Positions 33,501-42,509 of a stretch of DNA of 58,419 nt are shown here, one piece after another. The translations under genes and the position numbers were made by a program. Below the pieces are notes generated by a model. That model made no database searches, was not told the DNA's origin, and saw only the letters and a program-made list of their open reading frames with translations. The first letter of the stretch is position 1, and every line of letters begins with the position of its first letter. Source of the DNA: a virus; IMG/VR virus record IMGVR_UViG_3300045988_147113; one strand, written 5' to 3'.

Positions 33501-36500
33501 GACACCGGTAAGGGCTGTCATGAGCCCGATCATGGTGCCGCCAACCATCAGTGCTCCAATGACATCTTTCTTCATCTTTGCCAACGCCTTGAATATCAAG
33601 GCCATGACTCCAACGGAAAGAAGTAGCGAAGTAAGCACCGATGGATCGAGATTGCGTATCGAATCAGCGATGGCAGTGAATATGGCGGTCATGATATTGC
33701 CAAGAGCTGCTGTAATCTCCGGAGCATGACCGGCCACGGCGTTAAGCGCTGCAACCAGAATGGTTACAAGACTGTCGGTGATGGTGTCAGCGTGTGCGGC
33801 AACCACCTGCAATATCTTATCGATCATTGCTACGACGGTTTCGGCGACTGCCGGAACTTGCTGGACAAGCCACGCCATAAGATCCCTGAGAATCGATGAC
33901 AACGCGTCAAGAATCTGAGGCAAAGCAGCCACGATCACCTGAAGAACGCCGATCAACGCGGTCACCAAAGACTTCGCCAATGCCGGAATGAACTGAATCA
34001 GAGCGTCGAGCGCCGTCGCCAGAATGCCACCGGCAGCGGACCCGGTGGCTGCGAGAGCGGTGAGGCCAGCTCCGGCAAGTGCCATGCCGGCGCCGATGGC
34101 GAGGCAGGCGAGACCGAACACGCCCATGGCTTTGGCGACTGCCATAAGCTCTGCGGCCATCGGGCCGAGAACCGTGCCTGCGAATCCGAGTCCGAGAAGA
34201 GCCCCATAGAATCCAGTCAACCCAGTAATGAGCTGCTTAAGATCCATCGATCCCATAAGACGGATGGCGACGGCAAGGACCGTGATTCCAGCGGCGAATG
34301 CCATCATCCCTGCGGCTTGACCAGCCATGTTGTTGGGCATGAGATTCATGGCCGCAACCATACCCGCTAAAGCCAAACCGAAACCGCTGAGACCCTTGGC
34401 CAGACTATTCAGATCCATTCCGCCAAGGACCTTGATCGGAATGGTCAATGCAACAGCCGCCGTGGCAAATGACAATATAGCGGCTGAAGCCATCAGCATT
34501 CCGGCAAATTGGCCATTGAACTTGCTGAATAGTGCCATGGCTCCGGCGAAGGCGCCGAGGGTGATGACCAAAGCGCCGACGCCTTTGGCGAGGTCATCAA
34601 GATCCATGCCGCCGAGCACCTTGATCGGGACCGCAAGAAGCACCATGGCGGTCGCGAATGCCATGATGGCCGCTGCGGACTTCCCATAACTGCCGCCTAT
34701 ACCTTGGATATAACCGAGTCCGGCCATCGCGCCGGCGAGGACGCCCAAGCCAATCGCTATCGAACCGAGACCCTTAGCAAGATCATCAAGGTCCATAGTG
34801 CCAAGGATCTTGACCGCGGCGGCAAGAGGAATCAGAGCCGTCGCCATCAAGAGAATATTCTTGCCGACACCGGAATAATCAGCACCGAATTTCGCACCGG
34901 CGCCAAGACCGCCCATGGCTGTGGTCAGAAGAACGATGCCCAGTGCGACGGCATTCATGGAACGCGCAAGGTCATCGGGTTTGACGCTCGCAATCATGAG
35001 AATAGCTCCGGCGAGCACGGCCAAGGAGGAAGCCATCAATATGAATCCAGTGCCCAACTTAATCATGTTGGTGCCGACGGCATTCAGTCGTTCTGGCTTG
35101 GCCGTTCCCATCAAAGCGATTGATCCGCCGAGAGCGACGATCGCAGTGGCCATCGAACCAAATATCACTGCGATTTGCGCTGGATCCATGTCCTTGAGCA
35201 TATAGGCGGCTTCAGCCATAAGCTTCATGGAAGCGCCAAGCGCCACCATGGCCAAAGCGACCTTATTCAACGCATCGAAATCAAAGACCAGTTTTCCGGC
35301 TTTGTTGGTTACTTCTGCCAAAGCAGCAAGTCCAGTCATCATGCCGGTCATGACGGCAATGATGGCGGTCATGGCGCCAAGCGCCGGCATGATCTTTTCG
35401 GTCCTAATGGTCGACAATTGTGTTAAGGCGTCAGCAAGCAAGTTGATCGATGCGGCAATAGCGGCGATCGAAACGATCTTGAACGACTTGGCGAAATCCT
35501 TAAATGAATTACCGATATCATCGAGAGTCTTCTTCAGAGCGCCTTTGAAGGTCGACTTCTCAAGATCATCGCCAACTTCATTGAGTCCCTTGATGAACTT
35601 TCTAAGACCGACGAGAACGCCAGTCAATAAACCACCATTGATCAACGACAGAATCTGATCGAGGGTGATCTTACCGTTAAGATCGCCGAAGAATCGCTGA
35701 ATAGCTTCTCCGATTTCCCGAACACGATCGCCAATCCAATCAAATACCGGTTGAAGCGATTGCACTGCCGAAGCGATCTTATCCGAAACCTTCTGAGCGA
35801 TATCAGGAACGGTTCCGAATTTATCTTGGAATGCCTGTTGGAATTCGATACCGTATCGATCGACTTCTTTAGTCCAATCGGCCAAGGCGTTGCTGATAAT
35901 ACCGAGAATATCGGGGAATCCAGAAGAGCCCTTCTTTAAGCCATCAAACATGCCATCGAATACACCACTGATGGATTTGCCAATGGTTTCGACGACGGTT
36001 CCAAGCGACGAGAATGCAGATTCCCAGAATTTAATAAGATTGGTAACAACCTGAGATTGTCGAACGTATGCAGCAAATGCTCTGGCACCATCAATAACCG
36101 ATGAAGCGATATTAATGAATGCTCCAGAGATTTTTCCAGCAAAGCCAAGCAATACACCGAAGCCCTTGGCTACCAAACCAACAGCACCGAGAAGTGCCTT
36201 AAATGCTGTCGCCACAACCTTGGTAGTTGTTCCAATGACATTCAGCAACTGAGGCGAAGGCTTCAGCCCTTCGGTGAACTTGCGGAAAGCTTCAGTAAGT
36301 GCATAAATGGTATCACCACTCATGCTAGGCATGACTTCGTCCCAAGCCTTGCCCACCGCCTGAATGATCGTCTTCAGGGAATTCCAAACATTAGCTAGGC
36401 CCTGAATGACATTCTCTCGACCGGACATCCGCTGCATTTTGTTGGCGAAATCATCAGCGGAAATACTGCCATTTTGAAGACCTGCATTGAGTGCGTTTAG

Positions 36501-38288
36501 TTGGTTGATCTGCGCATTAGTGATGCCGAGATTCTGTTTCTTCGCATCGTCATAGCCGTTAACCTCTTGGGTCAAGCGGTTAACGCTATCTTTCAGAATA
36601 TTAGCGTTGACCCATCCTTTTCGCAACGACTTCTCAAATGAGCCGTATTCCTGAATGGCAGCACTTGCTCCGGCACCGGCTGCGTCTCCGGTCTCCTTTA
36701 ATATGTCATTAAATCGCTGGGTATCGACAATTCCTTGATTCACCAGCTGCTTGTATCCGGACGAGAACCCGGAAGACAGTAACTGGTTTCGAGCCTGCGA
36801 TTGGGCGTTGATGATGTTATTGATCTCGTCGGAAACACCGGTCCACAGATCCTTGGCTTCTTCGAAATCACCAAACAGGATTTGCATCGACTGAGCCCAA
36901 CCCGAACCGACTGCTTCCTTGGCGGTATCAATAAGCTGCGAGAATGTCTTGACCTTGGTCGCGGCATCCTGAGCGGTCTGGGCGAGCTGGACAAGCTGAC
37001 GAGCTTCTTCCTCGGTGTAGCCCTTGGAGACGAGCGACTGAACGGCCTTCTCGACATCAGTGATGTCCATGGCTAGGATGTTCAGCGACTGGGTCAGAAC
37101 ATCCGAAGTCAGCCAACCCTTCTGAAGTGAATCACGGAATGAACCCTCAGCAGCGATATACTTCTTAGCACCAGTTCCGAGTTTCTCAGAAGTCTGAACC
37201 AACAGATCCTGGAATACCTGACCACCCATACCGGCGTTGACAACAGAGTTCCAATCCATCAGCTTCACGGTTCCAGTAGCCAGAGCCTGGGATAGCTGAT
37301 ACATAGCGGTCGAGGCCTGAGCAGAACTTGAACCAGAAATGGCCGCGAGGTTGGCGATACCCTTGATCGAGTTCACCGAAGTTTGCAGATCAACACCGGC
37401 AGCTGTGAACGTACCGATGTTCCTGGTCATTTCAGTGAAATTATAAATAGTCTTATCAGCGTAGGTATTAAGCTGATTCAGAGCGGTATTGACCTGAGTG
37501 AGATTGGTTCCCTCCTTCTGGGTGTTGGCAAGAATGGTCTGAACCGAGTTCAGCTGAGTCTCATACTCTTCGAAACCGCTACGAATGCCATTGGTCAGAT
37601 TACTGGCAAGTTGCATGCCATACGTAGCAGCTTTGGCCGCAAGATTGCCCATGGCAACAACGCCGATGGCCTCAAGGGCCTTGAAATGCGGTTGAACCGC
37701 ATCAAGCTGCTCGCCGATAGGTGTGGCCTTGAAGGTATTCACACCGTCCATCAAGGAATCCCTCATGGAAGAGATTCCCATTTTGACGTTTTCAACGCCC
37801 TTCTGAATCGGGCCCAAATCGACACGATTGGCCGCATCATTGATACCATCAATCGCGTCAACGGTTTGTTGAATACCGACAGTATTGGTGCCGATCTTTC
37901 CGATTGCAGAGTTTGCTTCAGCGGCAGACTGCTGCACCTGATCGGACATCTTGTTCGCAGCGGATGCGACACCGGTTAAATTGACGTTATCGGAAGCGGC
38001 GCCAATCTGTTGAACACTCTTCTGAGCGCTCGAACCCATCTCAGCAAAGTTGTCAGCCGCTTTTGACGTGGCTTTGCTGACATCCCTTTGCATATCAGAT
38101 GCGGACTTGGAGACACTATCAAACTTGACTTTCTTGGCAGCTTTATCGAGCTCTTCAAACGACTTGGTGTCGCTGAAATTGAACGCTTTCTTGAGCTGCT
38201 CCAAAGCCTTGGTAACACGAGATACGCCTTGCTGCAAGGACGAATCGTCCATGGACAGCTTGACCACACGTTCGTCGATGTTAGCCAT
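30594..38288 (-). CDS. Tail tape-measure protein (2564 aa)
   Basis: A giant Ala/Gly/Leu-rich ORF with hydrophobic tandem repeats. It lies between the chaperone-like genes and Dit. Confidence 0.85.
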   Translation of the reverse strand: MANIDERVVKLSMDDSSLQQGVSRVTKALEQLKKAFNFSDTKSFEELDKAAKKVKFDSVSKSASDMQRDVSKATSKAADNFAEMGSSAQKSVQQIGAASDNVNLTGVASAANKMSDQVQQSAAEANSAIGKIGTNTVGIQQTVDAIDGINDAANRVDLGPIQKGVENVKMGISSMRDSLMDGVNTFKATPIGEQLDAVQPHFKALEAIGVVAMGNLAAKAATYGMQLASNLTNGIRSGFEEYETQLNSVQTILANTQKEGTNLTQVNTALNQLNTYADKTIYNFTEMTRNIGTFTAAGVDLQTSVNSIKGIANLAAISGSSSAQASTAMYQLSQALATGTVKLMDWNSVVNAGMGGQVFQDLLVQTSEKLGTGAKKYIAAEGSFRDSLQKGWLTSDVLTQSLNILAMDITDVEKAVQSLVSKGYTEEEARQLVQLAQTAQDAATKVKTFSQLIDTAKEAVGSGWAQSMQILFGDFEEAKDLWTGVSDEINNIINAQSQARNQLLSSGFSSGYKQLVNQGIVDTQRFNDILKETGDAAGAGASAAIQEYGSFEKSLRKGWVNANILKDSVNRLTQEVNGYDDAKKQNLGITNAQINQLNALNAGLQNGSISADDFANKMQRMSGRENVIQGLANVWNSLKTIIQAVGKAWDEVMPSMSGDTIYALTEAFRKFTEGLKPSPQLLNVIGTTTKVVATAFKALLGAVGLVAKGFGVLLGFAGKISGAFINIASSVIDGARAFAAYVRQSQVVTNLIKFWESAFSSLGTVVETIGKSISGVFDGMFDGLKKGSSGFPDILGIISNALADWTKEVDRYGIEFQQAFQDKFGTVPDIAQKVSDKIASAVQSLQPVFDWIGDRVREIGEAIQRFFGDLNGKITLDQILSLINGGLLTGVLVGLRKFIKGLNEVGDDLEKSTFKGALKKTLDDIGNSFKDFAKSFKIVSIAAIAASINLLADALTQLSTIRTEKIMPALGAMTAIIAVMTGMMTGLAALAEVTNKAGKLVFDFDALNKVALAMVALGASMKLMAEAAYMLKDMDPAQIAVIFGSMATAIVALGGSIALMGTAKPERLNAVGTNMIKLGTGFILMASSLAVLAGAILMIASVKPDDLARSMNAVALGIVLLTTAMGGLGAGAKFGADYSGVGKNILLMATALIPLAAAVKILGTMDLDDLAKGLGSIAIGLGVLAGAMAGLGYIQGIGGSYGKSAAAIMAFATAMVLLAVPIKVLGGMDLDDLAKGVGALVITLGAFAGAMALFSKFNGQFAGMLMASAAILSFATAAVALTIPIKVLGGMDLNSLAKGLSGFGLALAGMVAAMNLMPNNMAGQAAGMMAFAAGITVLAVAIRLMGSMDLKQLITGLTGFYGALLGLGFAGTVLGPMAAELMAVAKAMGVFGLACLAIGAGMALAGAGLTALAATGSAAGGILATALDALIQFIPALAKSLVTALIGVLQVIVAALPQILDALSSILRDLMAWLVQQVPAVAETVVAMIDKILQVVAAHADTITDSLVTILVAALNAVAGHAPEITAALGNIMTAIFTAIADSIRNLDPSVLTSLLLSVGVMALIFKALAKMKKDVIGALMVGGTMIGLMTALTGVFALMNLLNPVNTVASAVSLSTALIAMTGAFKIMETAKKNVLGVLAVGSAMAAILTELALVFGLMSAMNIDSVGTIAASLSGTILAISATAAIMSLINVGAAMSGVTALATFIAGLSAIVVAAGAIKQIPGVDWLVSEGAAFMAKIGAALGGFIGSIAGAITGAIMGAIGSSLPALATGLSNFMTNLKPFIAGAKEIDGSVATAVDTLANVVLKLTASNLLDAITSFITGGDGIENFGTKLVPLGQALKDYSAVVADLDSASIVSSAMAAQALTQVLNALPADDGLWQRIAGSKDWSTLSNGLVQMGMALKMYGITVTGLQPGPISASIEALNGLNGVLNAVPSDDGWWQKIAGGKDWSTLSTGLTGMGKALAGYGKAISGDGVNIEAIQKTVPAVKTLNNVLQNVPSDDGWWQKIVGGKNWGTLTEGLKGLGEALAGYGKAVSGDDVNVGAIQNTVPAVKSLTEILKSDFSQVGDFGPIKAAATQLGNGLAGYYNAVSEVAPDAITPTFAPLRSLINVVNGLGGMKMEGTSVGFITAATQLGVGLSNYTSHVAGLDFSNISASVSAVGSLSKVMGGMPAEYGGVTAFQQAVSTLAATSFMSLVRAIQNANSSISTGLSELNTALSTGTTTLTGSVNALNSAFSGINLSGNLSSQMSAAASAANSGANQIRSALNALATWLSGFASIWQASFTPIIGATRTGLNLVAQAISSYNGRFSQEGRSLANSLGSGMRSGIGNLSGIFNNALSAAVNGARAYRGSFESAGSYLAVGLAVGISRNSGVVSQAAADAVSNAVEAAKEAGKIKSPSRVMAKVGMWFDKGLENGIADNVGGVVRAAKTMMTSGIDVVDSSLSNIGKLDIPEFDVNPTITPVMDLSVVEGQAAYLNSMLSDTVGIGYSSKMIDKITAMPRQRDAGRAAESVEKTPQQIINNYDFTQNNTSPKALSRYDIYKQTRTQFRQFEQMNRNGGR

Positions 38289-38664
38289 TAGTCACCGCCC
38301 TCCAGGCCTCATCGGCCAATTGATCAAATGTTTTTGCAAGCGCCGGGTTGATGTAATCGCGTCCAGCGACGTATCCACCAGTTCCGGTGCCGTGTCCATA
38401 CTGGAGAATAATGGCGATGTTCACGCCATCGTTGACATTGGAATTGGTAAAAATAATTTCGGATCGATGTTTCGACCTATGAACCTCATATCCCCAGGAA
38501 GCGGCTGTCGCGCCGCTATCAACAGGTGTGGCGTTGGACAAAGCATCAACGCCTCGACGTCCGATTCGATCCAGTACTTTGAGATACCGTTGCTCTTTGA
38601 TGCTAGTGATAAAACGATCAAGGCCACTGAAGTCGCCGTTAACCTCAACCCTGATACCCGTCAT
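38281..38664 (-). CDS. HK97 gp10-like head-tail/tail-completion protein
   Basis: 127 aa. ALSNATPVDSGATAASWGYEV matches the gp10-family P.DTG.L..S motif. Its position directly before the TMP is unusual. Confidence 0.45.
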   Translation of the reverse strand: MTGIRVEVNGDFSGLDRFITSIKEQRYLKVLDRIGRRGVDALSNATPVDSGATAASWGYEVHRSKHRSEIIFTNSNVNDGVNIAIILQYGHGTGTGGYVAGRDYINPALAKTFDQLADEAWRAVTNG

Positions 38665-38666
38665 GA

Positions 38667-39224
38667 CTAACCTCTCGTGTTAAAACGTTTACGATTCTCC
38701 GCAAGGATGCGAGCACGTTCGGCTCTGTTGTCTTTGGCACTCATACGATTGTGTTTATCGCCCTTCGAATTTTCCACATCGATAAGACGTATCAATGTCA
38801 GCAAACGATTGATATGCCAATATTGAGCGCTCCAATCAATGCCTCGAGCAGTCATCGCGGCATAAATGGTCTCGGAAGACGTGAACGAATTGACATGGGT
38901 TTTCGTTTCGCGTCGATCTTTGATCACCGTCGCGGTATGAGGATCGGCAATGTACTCCTGAATGGCCTGCCTATCGGCATCGGTCAAGCGAAAATATAAA
39001 GAAAGGGCATGTTCAGAATCCTGGTCCATGCACCAAATGTAATAATTGCTCTCCTCTTCAGTCTTGGATACCTTGGAGAAGAACGGCTTCTTAAATTTTG
39101 ATTCCCATTTTGAGATTGCGACAAGATTATGCTCGAGCCTAAGGGTTACGGCAGGAGCGGCTGCAACAAATGTTCCAGTGTTCTCGTCATAACCCTCAAC
39201 CTCTGGAAGAGTGAGCTCGAGCAT
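38667..39224 (-). CDS. Putative tail assembly chaperone
   Basis: 185 aa, upstream of the TMP. The call rests on position only; no clear motif. Confidence 0.35.
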   Translation of the reverse strand: MLELTLPEVEGYDENTGTFVAAAPAVTLRLEHNLVAISKWESKFKKPFFSKVSKTEEESNYYIWCMDQDSEHALSLYFRLTDADRQAIQEYIADPHTATVIKDRRETKTHVNSFTSSETIYAAMTARGIDWSAQYWHINRLLTLIRLIDVENSKGDKHNRMSAKDNRAERARILAENRKRFNTRG

Positions 39225-39233
39225 AATTATTCC

Positions 39234-40355
39234 TTACCTAACGCGAAGAACCTGACCAGGATAGATAAGATCAGGATTCGCCAAACCATTCAGATCACGA
39301 ATGTGCTGCCAGCTGGTGCCGTATCGAGCGGCGATGGCCGACAGAGTATCTCCAGGCTGAACCGTGTGGTATTCGGCAATCGACTGTGGTGATCCTCCGG
39401 AAATATTCAGCACTTCACCTGGATAAATCAAGTCGGGATTGCCGGAATGGAATCCGCTGATCTGAGACTGATCCACACCAAGTTTTGCGGCGATCGTCGA
39501 CAGTGTATCGTTGGGCCGAACCGTATATGTCCGACCCGGGGATACGGGAGCAGCGAGCTTCTGATTCACCAACGCCTGAACGGCAGCATAACGACCGCCG
39601 AGCTTCTGCTTGCGAGCATCACCGTCACCGAATTCGCCGCGAATCACGGCATTGGCGAGATCGTCATCGGAACGTCCGGCAAGCGGATCGGCAGGCTGCG
39701 AAGGAGAAACATTCGAAGCGTTTCCGCCGCCAGTCACATACTTGTCGAACGTGGCGCCATCGCCGTAGAACTTGTTCAGATCCAGATTTCCGCCATAGCC
39801 AGGAAGGCGACCGGTGGAAGAATACTGGCGAATGACGCAAGCGTAAGCACCTTCGTTCCACGGAGTGTCCTGATATCCGGTAGGATTCATATTCGCATAC
39901 TGCGCGATCCACAGCCCACAGTTCTGACGATTGGCGACAGCGGCGACCTGAGCATAATAAGATGCCGACGAGTAAATGAGCGGAGGAATTCCCGTACGAG
40001 CCTTCACCTGAGCGACAACTTGTTCAAGATACCCCTCATTGCCCCAAGCGGAATTCTCTTGAGATTCCCAATCGATACAGAACAGACCTTTGCCAACCCA
40101 ATTGGCACAATTGTCGACGAAGAAATTGGCTTCGGCGATGGCGTTGCCACCGGAGACGTAATGATAGACGCCGAAACGCTTTCCGGACTGACGTGCCTGC
40201 TCAACTTGTCGAGCGCAGTCAGGAGAAACATATCCAGTCCCCTGAGTGGCCTTTGCGATGACGAAATCGGCGGGAACAGCGGTAAGATCGATGTAGGCCT
40301 GCCAATTCGAGATATCGATACCATTGAGAAACATGATATCTCTTTTGAGAGACAT
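39234..40355 (-). CDS. Endolysin: GH25 muramidase + Cpl-7-like domain + two LysM domains
   Basis: The N-terminus (GIDISNWQ...[12 protein letters not shown]...GVYHY) is GH25. The middle ([37 protein letters not shown]) is Cpl-7-like. The C-terminus has 2x Y.V..GDTLS.IA...G LysM repeats. Confidence 0.85.
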   Translation of the reverse strand: MSLKRDIMFLNGIDISNWQAYIDLTAVPADFVIAKATQGTGYVSPDCARQVEQARQSGKRFGVYHYVSGGNAIAEANFFVDNCANWVGKGLFCIDWESQENSAWGNEGYLEQVVAQVKARTGIPPLIYSSASYYAQVAAVANRQNCGLWIAQYANMNPTGYQDTPWNEGAYACVIRQYSSTGRLPGYGGNLDLNKFYGDGATFDKYVTGGGNASNVSPSQPADPLAGRSDDDLANAVIRGEFGDGDARKQKLGGRYAAVQALVNQKLAAPVSPGRTYTVRPNDTLSTIAAKLGVDQSQISGFHSGNPDLIYPGEVLNISGGSPQSIAEYHTVQPGDTLSAIAARYGTSWQHIRDLNGLANPDLIYPGQVLRVR

Positions 40356-40505
40356 GATAGCTCCTTTCCGTTATAATGGTCAGGCCCTCTGAAAGATGAT
40401 GGCCAAGAGAACGTATAGCATCAATTGTGGCTAATGTTGTTATCTTCCAGAGAGTCTGACCACCATAAAGGTGGCCAGGAAGAATTACTTCCTATTTTGA
40501 ACGAC

Positions 40506-41252
40506 TCAGGACAGGGCGAGTGCGTTCGGTTCGTCGAGATCGAGAGCGGACATTTCGGAGGACGCAGCTGCTGATGCAGCTGCGTCGGTCTTGAACATGG
40601 CAATCACTTCGGCAATCGTAGGCAGAGTCGGACTAGTGGAGCCCGCACCACGTCCGTACAGCTTGTCTTCGAGTGCCTTGAGCTTGTTCGCATCGACCTT
40701 GGTGGAGTCGATGGTAACCTGAGCGGTTGAAGTCACGCCATCGACACCGACTTCGACCGGATCGGTGCTGATCTCCCAGCTCAGGGTCTGTGCCTCAGGA
40801 GAATCATTGACGGTCGCATATTCGCGATCGGACGGGGCTGCGGTGGCACCATAGATCAGGTGCAGCTTGTAGCCATAGTTGATGCCAGCGGTGTCGTTGC
40901 CGACCTTGGTACGATACGAGAAACCGAACTTGCGACGAGCCTGCTGACCAACGGTAACGCCCTTAACCGGAGTGGCCTGACCATCACACGGAGCGAACTC
41001 CGGCGGATAAGTGAAGGCCTCGATGGTGGCGCCGAATTCCTCAGCGGAAGTCAGAGTCAGGTACTTGATGTTATCGGCGTACTGAGCGGACGCTTCAGCG
41101 CCGGAAGGCGATTCGGTGACGCCAGTCAGACCGTTCCAAGCGACACCGGCATCGTAGCCGCTGCCGTCCTCCTTCATGACGAACAGAACGCCACGATCGA
41201 CGCCAGTCTCATACGTACGTTCACCGGTCTTATCCCAAACAAGAGCTGCCAT
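40506..41252 (-). CDS. Major tail protein
   Basis: 248 aa with a strong RBS. The N-terminus (AALVWDKTGERTYETGVDRGVLF) is typical of phi13/TP901-type major tail proteins. Hairpins lie downstream. Confidence 0.6.
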   Translation of the reverse strand: MAALVWDKTGERTYETGVDRGVLFVMKEDGSGYDAGVAWNGLTGVTESPSGAEASAQYADNIKYLTLTSAEEFGATIEAFTYPPEFAPCDGQATPVKGVTVGQQARRKFGFSYRTKVGNDTAGINYGYKLHLIYGATAAPSDREYATVNDSPEAQTLSWEISTDPVEVGVDGVTSTAQVTIDSTKVDANKLKALEDKLYGRGAGSTSPTLPTIAEVIAMFKTDAAASAAASSEMSALDLDEPNALALS

Positions 41253-41264
41253 GGGATACTCCTT

Positions 41265-41618
41265 TCAGAAATAAATGACAAATGAGTCGTGATGCAGATT
41301 TTCAGTGACGTAATGCCTGTCGAAAAGGCATTTCGGAAGCATCGCGACTCGATCTGGTATGGATGAATCGGGATCTTTTTCGATGACAGTCACCTGGTAA
41401 CGCTTCTCATAGATATATGGCGCGTCATCAGCGAACTGTGTATCGGCACTCGTCCGTTCATAAACGATTGCAGGATATTCGATTCTTGATGGAGCCTGAA
41501 AATAAACATGCCCCGAGAAATTCGGTGTTACATTGCGAACATCATCGGGAAGTGCCTCATAAGCTTCACTCATGAGATTCTCAAGTATCCGTTGTAGTTC
41601 CTCACGGGGTCTGCTCAT
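41265..41618 (-). CDS. Head-tail / tail-completion protein (hypothetical)
   Basis: 117 aa from the ATG at 41618. The call rests on position only. Confidence 0.4.
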   Translation of the reverse strand: MSRPREELQRILENLMSEAYEALPDDVRNVTPNFSGHVYFQAPSRIEYPAIVYERTSADTQFADDAPYIYEKRYQVTVIEKDPDSSIPDRVAMLPKCLFDRHYVTENLHHDSFVIYF

Positions 41619-41925
41619 GATACTCACTTCCCAGTTGCAATATAACACGTGGACGCTGGATCTGAACGGACGTGATTTTCCACAATCCGCCCATCCAACG
41701 CACATAACGCAACGCTTGCAGATGATTGTTGAAATACGGGTCCAAGATGATCGATATCGACTGATCCAGTCGCATCGGTTCATTCACCTCGGACCCGGTA
41801 TCCCAACGAACGGTATTGCGAACGACAGTGCCTGTATACTGTCGTTCGACAATTTCATCTCGATATACACCGGGAGCCGTCTTCACCTGTTCCGCGAATC
41901 CTACTGCTCCAGCGAATCGGGCCAT
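41602..41925 (-). CDS. Head-tail joining (head closure) protein
   Basis: 107 aa. Size, position and sequence pattern resemble SPP1 gp16/HK97-type head-tail adaptors. Confidence 0.45.
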   Translation of the reverse strand: MARFAGAVGFAEQVKTAPGVYRDEIVERQYTGTVVRNTVRWDTGSEVNEPMRLDQSISIILDPYFNNHLQALRYVRWMGGLWKITSVQIQRPRVILQLGSEYHEQTP

Positions 41926-41939
41926 TGATCACCTTTATA

Positions 41940-42509
41940 TCAAGCGGACAGTCCCGGAAGCACTGCCTTACCGAACTTGCGAGCCTTGCCATCGGCGGTC
42001 AATTCAACCACGGAGATGACCTGACCCTTGGTCCCGACAATCTTCTGTCCTGCGGAGAGCGCAGTCCATTCGGAAGTCGTCACCGTCTGATCATACATGA
42101 TCGTCGGAGCGCCGTTCGCTTCGGTCACACGATAATACAGAGCATTGCCGGTTTCAAGATCGGGGTTCACCGTCACCAAATATTCACCGGACATCGGCGT
42201 GACGCCGACCGTCAATTCGCCAAGCGTCGGAGCGGTCACCGTGATCTGGGCCTCACCGGTCACTTTGCTGCCGTCCTGAGCGGAAGCCACGATATGGGCA
42301 AAACCAGCGGTCTTTCCAGTCACCACACCGGATTCCGACACGGAAGCTACAGAGTCCTCCTTGGAAGACCACTTGACATTTTGATTGGTTGCATCAGTGG
42401 GAGTGATCGTCGCCTTGAGCTGTGTAGTGCCTCCGACCGCGATCGACTGCGTGGAAGGAGCGACCGTGATGGCGGTCACCTTCTTGTCAGTCGATTCAGG
42501 AGGCGTCAC
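41940..42509 (-). CDS. Big_2 Ig-like domain protein (probable capsid decoration)
   Basis: ITVAPSTQSIAVGGTTQLKATITPTDATNQNVKWSSKEDSVASVSESGVVTGKTAG is a canonical Big_2 domain. The gene overlaps the capsid gene end by 4 nt. Confidence 0.7.
   Translation of the reverse strand: MTPPESTDKKVTAITVAPSTQSIAVGGTTQLKATITPTDATNQNVKWSSKEDSVASVSESGVVTGKTAGFAHIVASAQDGSKVTGEAQITVTAPTLGELTVGVTPMSGEYLVTVNPDLETGNALYYRVTEANGAPTIMYDQTVTTSEWTALSAGQKIVGTKGQVISVVELTADGKARKFGKAVLPGLSA

Noticed and set aside
32785-33729. A long plus-strand ORF (314 aa), and several others on the plus strand within 31.3-35.7 kb.
   Set aside because: They lie entirely antisense to the 7.7-kb tape-measure ORF. They have a low-complexity Ala/Pro/Met composition and no RBS. 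They are typical shadow ORFs of a biased gene.
38281-39224. A programmed -1 frameshift (G/GT-type) joining the two ORFs upstream of the tape-measure gene.
   Set aside because: The second ORF has its own ATG directly after the first stop and carries an HK97 gp10-like motif rather than a T-extension. I found no slippery heptamer near the end of the first ORF.
40421-40603. A 60-aa minus-strand ORF spanning the major-tail gene end and the spacer.
   Set aside because: It overlaps the 3' end of the major tail protein gene in another frame, has a Pro/Ser/Cys-rich composition, lacks an RBS, and covers the hairpin region.
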